DNA of 64,000 nucleotides, taken from assembly GCA_039621445.1 (NCBI GenBank), contig CP154954.1, positions 11,960,716-12,024,715 on the forward strand, given 5' to 3'. The position numbers and the translations under genes are program-made. Below are positions 36,949-47,569 of this stretch, piece by piece; the stretch's first letter is position 1, and each line of letters opens with the position of its first letter. Under the pieces are notes generated by a model. That model had not been told where the DNA came from and did not search any database. It saw nothing but the letters and a program-made list of their open reading frames with translations. The stretch comes from Euglena gracilis (lineage: Eukaryota).

Positions 36949-37265
36949 GATTTGCGAAGCAGGCTATGAATGGGTAACAACAACCATCACCTTACGCCCA
37001 ACAAAGTTTCAGCTGAAGGTGGTAAGTACAACGGAAGGGTGTATGTACAAACCTACACTACTCTACGATGGAACATCAGCAAAGCAGCGGAGGAGTTAGT
37101 TTGATTGTAGAGGCTTACTTCCAATAAAGGAATCTGTGAAGAAATATTTACAGATTCAGTTTTGAATTCTTGTCGCGTAACGGTTCGCAAATCTCGAGAT
37201 TGGTGAATCTCTGGATTTGCGAAGCAGGCTATGAATGGGTAACAACAACCATCACCTTACGCCCA
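36949..37265 (-). repeat. 3' split-direct-repeat block B1-A2-spacer-B2
   Basis: Exact repeats read directly from the sequence; A2 and B1 abut with a one-base gap. Confidence 0.9.
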
Positions 37266-37284
37266 TCTGTCTGTATAAGGGCGA

Positions 37285-38620
37285 TCAGAGTGATAAAATT
37301 CCAATATACTTCACAACAGAGAAGGAGGTGCATAAATGATCCCACAATTCAGAAGCAGTTGTGACTGCTTGATGATGATCTCTGGAGAAAGGAATTCTAG
37401 AAATGGGGTCAGCGGGTTGGTTTTGGGAAGCACACCAAAGGATGTGCGTATTTAATTTTGACCAAAGCAGGCGATTTAATATTCGGCGTGTAATTGTACA
37501 CAGCACCGGACTACTTAATTGTGGGCGGAGATTGGTGGCTATGTAGCAAACACCCATATTATCTCCTATATAAGTCAAGCTGTTCCAATGAAGCCGTACA
37601 GCCAGATTGGTGGCGTAGTCCAATGCAAAGTATTCAGCTTGTTGTTGTGAGGAAACATAGGGAGGACACAGAGATAATTTTGCACCGAAGGATGGAGAGA
37701 AAAGTCCAATATAGTAAGAATCTGCAAACCTTGCAGCATCTCCACAAATGACGTGTGTAAAGAAAGGTGGTGGAATGGGATCAGTTGCTTCCCAAGGGGA
37801 ACAAGAAAGTATAGTGGTTCAAAAAGTGAATACACCATTTTGTTGGAAGGTTGTGGAAGGTAACGTCTCCCATGCCAACGGTGAAGATACCAGGAGCGGA
37901 GAATAGATGTGATACCAGGAAGGGGTCGGACAGACCATAATAAGTGTCCCAAAATGACATCAATACGCTTGTCAAACACTGGTATTAAGGATGCCAAAAC
38001 GGATCGTGAAATTGTACAAAGAAGGGTATGGTGTGTATTGGTAATTTGTCGTTTGTTGAGCAAAAGCAATTTTCCAAGCCACTTGATCTGTTGGCTGGGG
38101 TTGAGACATGATTTTTTTGAAATAATCAGCGAATTTTGTTGTAGCACAGAAACGAAAAATTGAGTTATGTCGTTGCATAGTGAAAAAGTGGTTGCAAGTA
38201 GAAAGACATCGTCGTAATAAACAAAATACCAAAATTCGGAACGATACAATAAAGAAAAATGTGAATTTTCCAAAGAGGAAGAGAGTAAAAATTCTAAGGA
38301 CTTTTGTGCAATAATTGGAGAAAGATTCCAACCAAAGGGGGGTGATGTGGAGGAAAAATTGTCGATTCTAAAAATATGTTGAGCTTCTTGTGGTAATTGT
38401 AAAGACCAAAAAAAATTTGTAAGGTCGAGGGTAGTAGCAAATAAAGTTGAAGGAGGAAATTTTCGAATGATTTCTGCAATGTCTGAAAGGGAAGGTAAAT
38501 GAAAAGAAGGTAACGGGGTCGGTGTCAATTGATTCAGACCTCGTAAGTCTGCAATAAAAGCTGCTTTTTCGGAAGATTTGGGTCTCAAAAAAACTGATAG
38601 GTTAGAAGGTGAGTGTTTTG
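37285..38620 (-). pseudogene. Reverse transcriptase plus RNase H of the YR element (frameshift near 37810)
   Basis: FIADLRGLN, LDLTNFFWS, PFGWNLSP, VYYDDVFL, IKWLG; RNase H CGDAA...QQQAE...IGDN...NQPADPISR. Confidence 0.9.
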
Positions 38621-39955
38621 AGTGTTTTGAGTAGAGTGTTTTGGGGATGGGATCAAAAATTTGTCTCTCACAAGAGAGGATAACAAAATTTTAGTCAGAG
38701 ATTTTGTTTTTCTTGGCTCAAAAGGGGGTGGAGGGATGTATGTTCGAAGGTGGTTAAGGAGACTGTTGGGTACATATGTGTGCCAAATATGAGGTGGTAT
38801 CGAAAAATGTCCACGTAATCCCAAACCTCTTGCGGCTATGTCTGGTGTGACAGAAGAGGGAGTTGTTTCATGAAGGTAATATTTGATAAGGAGCAAAATC
38901 AGCCATGAAATGGTGTGAAGTTGTAACAGGAGCTTCAGAAAAGCATGAAGGGTGATTTGTATGTTCAAAGCATTTCGTCTTTGTAGAAAAATGATGACGA
39001 GTTGGCGTAATCTCAAGAAAATTTGTTGTCGGGTTAAGGGAAAAGGGAGCGCAGAACGAGAAATGTTTCCGGCTATACCCCAAAGAGTATTACGGAGCTT
39101 GTGGTTCAAGATGGGTGTGGTTAATGGATGTTTAGGTTCGTGATCGTTTGTTTTTGGAGCATTTGGGTTCGAAGGTTTGGGGTGAATGCCAGAAACATTC
39201 AGGGCCTCCGGGCAAAAAAGTTGCTTCGAATGGGGGTAGGACGGAGAAAGGAGCCCATGGCAAGGTTTTGGGCCAGAGGAGGGGTGTATCGTCATATCCA
39301 ATGTATTTTTTGGCGGTGTCTGGACTGGCCCAACGACACCAATGCTGGATGACATTGATGTCGATGCCGAATTGAAACATTCCACGTGCCGTTGCTCGAC
39401 TGATAGAGTGAAATGAACAATGTTCGGCGTCTGTGTGGGTGAAATATTCACGGGTAAACTGTTGTATTTGATTGATTGAAAAGAAGGGGGTAGTGGGATC
39501 GGTGAAAGGATGGGAACGCTTCCAAAAGGCGATCCATGCCATAATGAATAGTGGGGGACTTCTGAAGATGCGTTGTTGATTGTGTGGTGGTTGCTTTTCT
39601 GGCATGAACCAGATTCCACCACCTGCAGGGGTGGACAGATTGTCACATGGTCTAATTGAGGCCACTTCACCAATACGTAGTCCGAGGGATAATGCCACAA
39701 GGAATACGCACAAGATGAAATGGGTTTGCTTAAGGTTACAAACTTGTGCAATATGTGTGAAAGATGTGGGGGGGAACCACGTTTTGGTGGGAATGAGGCG
39801 CATTCTGTCTGCCGCTCTGGAAAATCTCCAGTATGTTTGTGGAAATAGGGGTGTTGTCCAGCCCAATGTGTGTAATGCTTGGAATGCTGAAAGAGTGTTT
39901 CGAATTGTGGAGGCGGCACACTGTTTTTGTATAAATGTTGATATGTATTGTTGGA

Positions 39956-42624
39956 CAGCAGTGCGGTCGTCAAAAAGGAGGACATTTGTCAGGGGTTTTT
40001 TACAGACATTAATCCTTGTCAGTCAGAAATCCAGGGAGTTTTTGACGGGGTTTTTGTCATCGGGCTTGCGTCGAGGCCATTAGAGCACTTTTCCCGCTCG
40101 TGGGTCCGTCGTTCCGCCGAAATTTATTCCCCCCCTTTTCACCCGCCATTTTGATGAAGTGCCGTGGTGGTTCTCAGTGCCTGGTGCTGGGCATATCGGA
40201 CTGTCCCCAAATGAACGAGCCCCGGTGAAGGACGTTTTTGGGGGGGGGGGGTAACAAGGAGTCCTGCTGCGTGCCTTTTTCTTTTTAAAAAAAACACTGC
40301 AGAGCACACACAAAAACGGGCAACTGATCAACGAATTTTTTTTGTGTTAAAAGAGAGGGGTAGGGGGGGGGCGTGTTGAGAAAACGGGCGGTGCCACCAC
40401 CTACCAGTTTGGCTTTGAGAAATGGAAGAGAACACTGCCACGGACCCCGAAAAAGACCCAGGTGGTGGCACCCCACGTCCCTGGTGATGGCAGTGGTCCA
40501 TTTAAATGGCACTGTTCCAGCGCACGTAGCATTCCCTATGGAAATGCTGCTCTGTAAGGGAATGTCGATCAGCTTGTAGATGGCCACACGCTGACCACAG
40601 CCGCTCCACGGCACCCGTGGAACTGGGGAGGGACGTCAGCCTGCCCCCCAAGGGGGCCAGCACGTTATCCGCAAACAAACTCCCTGACAGGCTTAATCTT
40701 TCACCAACCCCAGGGCCAGGGGGGGTGTGCATACAAAAAGGAAACCGAACAAACAGCCGCTGCATCACATTTTAAAAACGGGCTTTTCAAAAAAACCGTG
40801 TCCTGAATTTTTTTTTTGAAAAACCGACGGGGAGAACGGGCAATTTCAAAAAACTAACCCCCCCCCCTGGTGTGCAAAAAAAACTTGAAATTTAAGCCTG
40901 TTCCAAAAAGCGTACGGGGGAGTGCATGGTTTAGCGAAGGTCTTGGCAGCCTCCCAGCAACCCGTCATCTCCACCCACGCCAATAGGTCTGCAACTGTGG
41001 GCACCGTGGCGTCCGGAAGGAGGGCGGGACGCCTTCAGAGTCCCTCAGGGACGTACAATTTTTTTACCAACCCCCCCCCCGGGGGTCACTTCCACTTTTC
41101 CCAAGACGAGTCATTTTTCCGGTGGGGGGGGGGGGAGGGGGGAAGGGGGCCACAGTGGAAATCAAAGGACCAGAGAGCTGAAAGAAAGCCAAAACCATTT
41201 CCCGGGTATACTCAGGGGGGGGGGACAAAGCCATTCGTTCCATCAACACTGCCCGGGGCGCCCTGTTCTGGCAGTGTTCTGCAGGAAGTCGAACACCTCG
41301 CGCAAGCGCTTGCGTGTCCCCCACAGGCCTGTTGATCACAGCTTCTCTGAGGTACTGGCCGTCCGCAACTCTTTCTTCGGTGTACACCACTCGCGGGTAG
41401 CCCCGGCGGAAGAATTCCTCCACCTGCTCGGCCTTCGCGATAGTGCTTTCCCATAGTGAAAGGACGTCTTTGGCCAGCAACTGTCCTGTGCAGTCAGAAA
41501 AAAACCAACACTTAAGCTAAAACTTGAAAGTCACCTGTGTGGGCATGGCAGTTGAGAGGTATGACAGCGTCTGTGTCGAAGAGGTCCCGGAGGGCGGCTT
41601 GGCAGTTCGCCGCGTTGTCCGCCTGCAGAGCGATTACGTTACACCCCAGGCCTTTCAGTTCGGACATTACGTCCCGTATACTGTCCTGCAGTTCGGCACT
41701 GGTATGTCTTTGCTTGAACCTGTGAAGATGCACATTTTGAAAGATGATCCTTTGTGAAAAAGAAACACACCGCTTGATCTGGAACAGAATGGGCTGTTGC
41801 TTGCAACTCAGGGCGGGGCCACGCAAGTGCATGTGACATTATGAAAATTATGTAATGCAATGGCGTGAATGTGCACCATGAACTCAATGGTATGAAAATG
41901 AGCACCATCTTCCCACATATCAAGGGCCACCGCAACGTATGGTAACTTCACCAGTATTTGTTCCACTCTCTGAGAACACGAAAACAAACAGGGATAGGGG
42001 ACTGGGATACACCTTCTTGATGTCCATGTACACATCTAGTTGTCTCTTCTGCATTGTCTCCCTGCACGGCAGCCGGAAGTCTGCCCGCAAAACCGCCAGG
42101 AATTCCTTCATTTCCGGGCAGCTGACCACCTCCAGGGGTACACCTCTCTTCATCTGCAGCAGGCTCAGCCTTTCTTCTGCCAGCCTTTGTTGCGCTGCCG
42201 TGAAAGGCCTATCGCCGAACGTGCAAATCAGGGCTTGCTTCTTCTTCGCCGGCTGTGGCGTCAGGTTCTCCTCGCCAGTGGCTTCGACGGCCCGCCGTGC
42301 CCTGACCATGTGGCTGTGACGGACGTAATGCAACGCACATCGCGTGGCATGGTGGGCAGATTCCCACATACAGTGTTTGCATCTCACCTTGATACATCTT
42401 CCAGTTCGATCCCATTCAATTTCTGTAAACTGGTCCCACTCAGCACGCTCAGGACGTCCAGACATGTAACAACCGTGCTACCCTGTGAGGAGCGGACATT
42501 AATTCAAGCCGGGCGATTCCTTATGAGAAACGCGAATACTTGACACCTGACAAATGTCTAAATGTCATATTTATGTCAAATGTCTGTCAGAAACCCTTGT
42601 CATTTGCCAAAATTTGCACTGCTG
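39956..42624 (-). mobile_element. hAT DNA transposon, internally truncated
   Basis: TIR CAGCAGTGC / GCACTGCTG; 8-bp TSD TTGTTGGA at 39948-39955 and 42625-42632; transposase exons inside. Confidence 0.9.
41250..42465 (-). pseudogene. hAT transposase 5' part (BED zinc finger, first catalytic Asp, DN..N and CxxH motifs) with three short GT-AG introns
   Basis: W..F...CKHC...H, VALDMWED, ADNAANCQAA, CHAHT; introns of about 43-52 nt (for example 41970-42012) join the frames; C-terminal half absent. Confidence 0.8.
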
Positions 42625-42888
42625 TTGTTGGATAAGAACAGTGATTGGTATCTTTCTGTCACAAGTGAGTCGGAATTTTTCAAACTGAAGAATTTTTTGT
42701 TTATAAGTTCTGATGGTTGTGGGTGCCCAAGAGTACAAGAGTGCTTGTTGTATGTTTTGGGGACGTTGATGGTGTTCGAAAGCGGAAAATTTGGTGAGCA
42801 TAGATTCCCACTCAAGGACACTGGGGTGGATGTCTGAAATTTGTGTTGTTGAGGGGTAAGCTGATATAGCTTCCCCTTTTGGCAGGAG

Positions 42889-43761
42889 TCATTTGGAATT
42901 CTGATTTTCACATTCCCAATGCCAGTGGTATCGGGAACAACGAAAACATTTTTTGGGCGGTGGAAATTTTACATTCCACAAGGAACCGTCCCGGGAAATA
43001 TAAAATTTGTCTTCCCCAAGAATAGCAAAATTTTGTAACCCATGAGGGGTGTGTTCCTCATATACTTTCCCACCTCGTCGAATTAATTCATCCACCCCAA
43101 AATTCACTGGTGGGTGAATCCGTTGTACTGAAGAGGACGAGGATTGTAAGAAAGAATTTGAGGGAGATTGTGACGAAGGAAATGATGAGGAGACATGAGA
43201 AGAAGGAGAAAATGAATGAAAAGGTGATGAGGAACGTAAAAATTCGGACGAAAAAGAATTTGTTGTTTTGAAGGACGTTTTGTAACAGAAAAAAGTGTGC
43301 ACCATGAGTTTCCACAATTCTTGAAGTGGGTCACCATCTTCTTGTATGTCCTCAAAACTGGATTGAAAAATCTTGGACATTTCACGCATCCAAACGGGAA
43401 GGTGTTCAAATTTTTGAAAGGTTAACACAGATTCAAGTGAAAAATTTTGTGATAAATATTCTTCAGAAGAAGTGTTGATGGTCATCTTTTGAACTTTAAG
43501 TTCAGCAATTTCCTTTTGAAGCATGGAAATTTGTTCCAACAATGCGGAATTTTGACTTGCGGAAACAGCGGAATTAGGTGACCAAAGAAAATGGTCATCC
43601 TGAATTTGTAAAATTACATCTGCATACACTTCGTATGCGACAAATAAAGGGAGTGCATCGTCAACCGATAATTGAAAAGAGGTGCCAACAAGGAGTGTCT
43701 GCCACCAGGAAGGTGGCCAGGTTTGAGAGCGAAATTTTAGTTCAATTTTTTTGCGTGACAT
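42889..43761 (-). CDS. Gag-like protein of the YR element with a C-terminal Cys/His knuckle
   Basis: ATG 43761 MSRKKIEL; short coiled-coil, Ser-rich linker, PPPKKCFRCSRYHWHWEC; lies directly upstream of the YR. Confidence 0.7.
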   Translation of the reverse strand: MSRKKIELKFRSQTWPPSWWQTLLVGTSFQLSVDDALPLFVAYEVYADVILQIQDDHFLWSPNSAVSASQNSALLEQISMLQKEIAELKVQKMTINTSSEEYLSQNFSLESVLTFQKFEHLPVWMREMSKIFQSSFEDIQEDGDPLQELWKLMVHTFFCYKTSFKTTNSFSSEFLRSSSPFHSFSPSSHVSSSFPSSQSPSNSFLQSSSSSVQRIHPPVNFGVDELIRRGGKVYEEHTPHGLQNFAILGEDKFYISRDGSLWNVKFPPPKKCFRCSRYHWHWECENQNSK

Positions 43762-43834
43762 TTCTATGGAAGAAATGGACTGCAAAAATTCGTTTGCAAA
43801 GGAGGTGCAAAATTCTTGAAACGGAACAAATTGC

Positions 43835-44445
43835 GGGTCCCGGATTTTGTTCAATGTCACCTGAGAGGAGCAATAGTTTTCGTATATTCCAAAAGGTATG
43901 TTTGGTGTTGATATGGAAAACATAAATGGGCCAGGGGGGGTGGGCAGTATACGACGGTTGGAAAAAATAAATATTGGTTCATTCGGGAGGAGTAAATGCT
44001 GAGTGGAAATTTTAAATAAAAATGCAAGGGGATATGGATATATGACCGGAAAGAGCAAGACGATATGTACGGGTTGATTTTTCAGTCGATCCAGCACACG
44101 ATTCAACAAATGAAATGGGGGGTTTGCCCAGATTAATTTTTCTGAAGACCAATTATGCAAAAAAGCGTCATCGAAAATCGACCAAAATTTTGGTACGCGA
44201 CAATTTTCAGGTGAAGCAAAAGCATCAATCGAGGGTAAAGGTAAGTCAAAAAACGCAAAAATTCTGTAAAAATACTTTGGAATCAAAGCATAATCTTGTT
44301 GGGCCTGCTGAAAATAAAGATTCCTTGAAGGGCCAGGATTCATTTGAATGTCTCCACAAAGCAGCAGAAAAAGGAAGTTTAGAAACGTAAGAATTTTTAA
44401 AAAAAGGGGTAGCAGAAAAAAATGTTCGGAATAAATGATTTCCAA
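43835..44445 (-). CDS. Dam-like N6-adenine MTase flanked by two 2A-like peptides (one-base frameshift in the G7 run 43934-43940)
   Basis: LLLCGDIQMNPGP (44367-44329), DYAL...IDAFAS...DAFLHNW...WANPPF (44124-44113), then LLLLSGDIEQNPGP (43876-43835). Confidence 0.82.
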
Positions 44446-46931
44446 AAGAATGTTTTGATTTTAAGGGTTAAAAGAATAGTGTACCAAAAGAAAAATCGGT
44501 ATACCATCAAAAAAAACTGCAAAGTTTCCAAACTGCTGAAAAGTTTTTTGACTGCTGTTGTTAAAAACAAACGTGAAATTTTTTTAACTTTCAAAAGGAG
44601 AAATAACAAAAAACACAAAAACAGGGGTGCTCCAGACAGCAAATGTTGTGCAGAAGGGGGGTAAGCCATTTGTGTGGGTTTTGAGGGGAAATGTTTGTAA
44701 TCTTGCAATTTTTCAATGAAGTCAGGGAAAAGCCCATACACAGGTGGTAAAAAAATAATGGAATCATCAATCCACTCAAAAATAGAATGTCTCAACACAA
44801 CATGTTGAAGTTTGTCCATCCCAGCATTTTGATGTAGATAAAATTCAAGTTTTTTGGCAAATTTTAAATAATTTTGGTAAAGTTGTTGTCTTTCACTTGG
44901 TGAGATTGTTACAGAAAACAAACTTGCTATGTCTCCAACATTGCTTTCAGGTGCCACCATTGGTGTAGAAACTGGGGGGGCAGGGGGGGCGGCCGCCCCC
45001 CCCCCGAGATTTTTTCGCCCCCCCCCCCCGAGAATTTTTTTGACTCAAAAATTTTTCGCCCCCCCCGAAAAAAAGTTACCCTCAAAAAAATTTTTGTAGG
45101 TTGTGAAAAATTTCTTTCAAGATTAAGAAACCAACTTTTCATTGAACTTTCAGGTGTTTTTGCTATTGGACATCGCTACCGTCTCGCCGCCCTTCGGGCG
45201 GCCAAACAAGCCCAAAACTCATGGGCTTGGAGGGGAAATGAGTCTTCGTATTTTCAATTTGGGGTTGTTGTTTGTGAATATCTCCACCGCCGTCTCGCCG
45301 TCCTTTGGTGGAAACAGGAAACACATGTATCTTGACTAGGCTTCTAGCATTCAATATTCTAAAAGAGCAAACCAGTTCTTTTGTTGTTCCAAATCTGTGT
45401 TTTCTGGTGCGAAAAATCATGCTTTCAACCCAAAAAAAAACAAAAAAATGAATGCTGCAGAGATAAAAAATGAACTTTTTTCTAAAAAAAACATTGCAAA
45501 AAAAAATTCCCCAAACCCTCCATGACGTTTTTTTTTGTTTTTTTTAAAAAAACTTATTATTTTTAAAAAAACATGTTTTTTTTGTTTCAAAAAAAACAAG
45601 CCGTCAACCTTGCTTGAAACTGGCAAAAAAAAACGTCCCATGTTAAAGAAAGAGTCCCCAATGAACTTAACGTGACCCCCCCCTATATGGCACCCCCCTG
45701 GGAGCGTTTTTGACCCCCCTGGCGACAATTAGGGGGGGGTGACAATTAGGGGGGGGGGGTTACTCAATTTACCCTACATGTCCATGGGTCCACGAGTAAC
45801 CCCCCCCCCTAATTGTCGCCCCCCCCCAAGGGGGGGGCGACTATTAGGGGGGGGTGACAAATAGGGGGGGGGTCACGTTAGTCGGCCTACGGCCTCCTCC
45901 GGGGGGGGGGGGGGCTGCCGCCCCCCGGACCGTTCTTTGTCACGTTCAATGCCTTCTTTCAAAAAAAGTGCTACCGTCTCGCCGCCCTTCGGGCGGCAAA
46001 AAGAAAACAACACATACAAACAACATTGGTAATAGGGGTTTTTTCAGTCATGGACCCCGGGGGGGGGAGGGGTGGTAGGGTGGGTGGGTCCGGCCGAGCC
46101 CCCCCCCCCTCCCGGGGGGGGGGTCACCCCAGGGGGGAGTGGGATATGCTTTTTGGTGCCGAAAATTTTTGAAAAAGTGCTATTTTTGGAATTTTTCTGT
46201 TTATGGCCGGCGCTAACTTCGCTTCTGGCCCAGGTTCTCGCCCCCCCCGAGAAAAAATTGTTTCTACACCGATGGGTGCCACAGAGCAATCAACAGCTGT
46301 ATTGACTTCTGAAAGGTCCACAGTATCAAGCATGGGAGGAGGTAGCGGAATAAAAAAATTGTCCTGATAAGCAGACTGATAAAATGCAGGGTAATTTTGT
46401 TGAACAGAAGGTAAAAAAACTGATACTTGTTGAATCCAGGAAAGGAGTCGTTGTTTTTGGTGATCCACAATTTCATCAGGAGATGAGTTCAAAATTTCAA
46501 TCATGTCAGAGAAATGTTGAGAATGTTTCTGTTGCAGAGAAACATTTTCCCAAATTTGAGAGGGACTGTCAGAAAGATGAATTGAGGAGTCTGATTTGTT
46601 CTCTGCAGAATTGAAAGAATCAGGACAATTTTGTACAAGCTTGTTCAAAAGACTCAAAGGCACAGGAACACAATCTGGGGGAAGGGATTGTGCAGTAACA
46701 TTCTGTTGTGCACTGATGTGTGGGTTGACAAAAAGAGGAATTAGCAGCATTCAAAGGAAAGCTGTTTGGCTGTTGTGGAACACAGGTTCCTGTATAAGTT
46801 GATAATTGGTTTGGGAGAGAAGCTCCAAAAGGAGCAGGTAATACTCCAAAAGGAGTTTGAATAACTCCACAGGGAGTCTGCACAGGTTGGTTTTGGTTTG
46901 TCAACATTGGGATTCCAGAATAAAGATTCAA
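44397..46931 (-). pseudogene. Unknown ORF of the YR element (Pro/Gln-rich start, hydrophobic C-terminus), split by the 44958-46274 insertion
   Basis: Removing the insert joins DCSVAP|ESNVGD in frame (ORFs 46124-46750 and 44397-44960); no recognisable domain. Confidence 0.55.
44958..46274. mobile_element. Non-autonomous hAT-type element (1.3 kb)
   Basis: TIR CATTGGTGTAGAAAC / GTTTCTACACCGATG (1 mismatch); 8-bp TSD GGTGCCAC at 44950-44957 and 46275-46282. Confidence 0.9.
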
Positions 46932-47026
46932 AGGAAAATGCGAGTAGGGGGCTGGGATCAGGGGAACAGATTGTTGTACAACTGCAGGGGTGACAGGAGG
47001 GGTAGGGAGGGACCTTAGGCGTGATA

Positions 47027-47368
47027 CTAGGTTGTGATGAGCTCTTGGCCAGCACTGTCTTTTCTTGCTTTCTTTCCAGTCCCAGTTTCACTATAATCTC
47101 TCTTCTTCTTCTTCTGGTCTTCCTTGAACGGTTGTCCATCGGGGTGTGCTACCCTGAGAGCAGCAGGGTGCTGGCCTTCTGCACGGGCATCACCAACTTC
47201 AAAACTGACTTCCTGTCCAGGATGTAGAACCGGGACTCCAACTCCCAGTGTCAGCAGCTGACTCACGTGTATATAATACGTGGTAGCTTCACCAGAGTCG
47301 GTGTCAGATGATTGAAGAAAACCAAAACCCCTGTGGGGAAACCATGTTGCCACGGTGCCAGTCGGCAT
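47027..47368 (-). CDS. Cold-shock domain protein with a basic tail; first ORF of the YR element
   Basis: MPTGTVATWFPHRGFGFL (RNP1), YIHVSQL (RNP2), LHPGQEVSFEV...AALRV; KKKKR tail; starts about 100 bp inside repeat A1. Confidence 0.85.
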   Translation of the reverse strand: MPTGTVATWFPHRGFGFLQSSDTDSGEATTYYIHVSQLLTLGVGVPVLHPGQEVSFEVGDARAEGQHPAALRVAHPDGQPFKEDQKKKKRDYSETGTGKKARKDSAGQELITT

Positions 47369-47467
47369 CTTGAAAAACCAAAGGTGATCCAAATTAACTT
47401 TCAGACTTGACAGAGGTGCAAGTTCCTGTTGGTCGGTATTCTGCAGCCCCGACCGGCTAAGACTTCA

Positions 47468-47569
47468 AGGCTTACTTCCAATAAAGGAATCTGTGAAGAA
47501 ATATTTACAGATTCAGTTTTGAATTCTTGTCGCGTAACGGTTCGCAAATCTCGAGATTGGTGAATCTCT
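47468..47569 (-). repeat. 5' repeat A1 of the YR element
   Basis: Identical by eye to 37111-37212. Confidence 0.92.

Larger units (their letters stand above)
39132..42801 (-). pseudogene. Tyrosine recombinase, interrupted by the hAT insertion 39956-42624
   Basis: N-terminal WAPTTIRTY; removing the insert and one TSD gives in-frame VLIQQ|YISTF; GLRIGE (R), PEK (K), HSISR (HxxR with S at the R position), CRW, KKY (Y). Confidence 0.88.
36949..47569 (-). mobile_element. Tyrosine-recombinase (DIRS-order) retrotransposon, VIPER/TATE-like gene order, with split direct repeats
   Basis: A1 47468-47569 = A2 37111-37212 (102 bp); B1 37214-37265 = B2 36949-37000 (52 bp); minus-strand order A1, CSD, ORF, MTase, gag, YR, RT/RH, B1, A2, spacer, B2. 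Confidence 0.9.

Noticed and set aside
42889-44445. Single 518-aa MTase-Gag fusion as listed in the ORF track
   Set aside because: A canonical 2A motif and a better MTase C-terminus lie in another frame after the G7 run, so the fusion is probably created by a one-base indel
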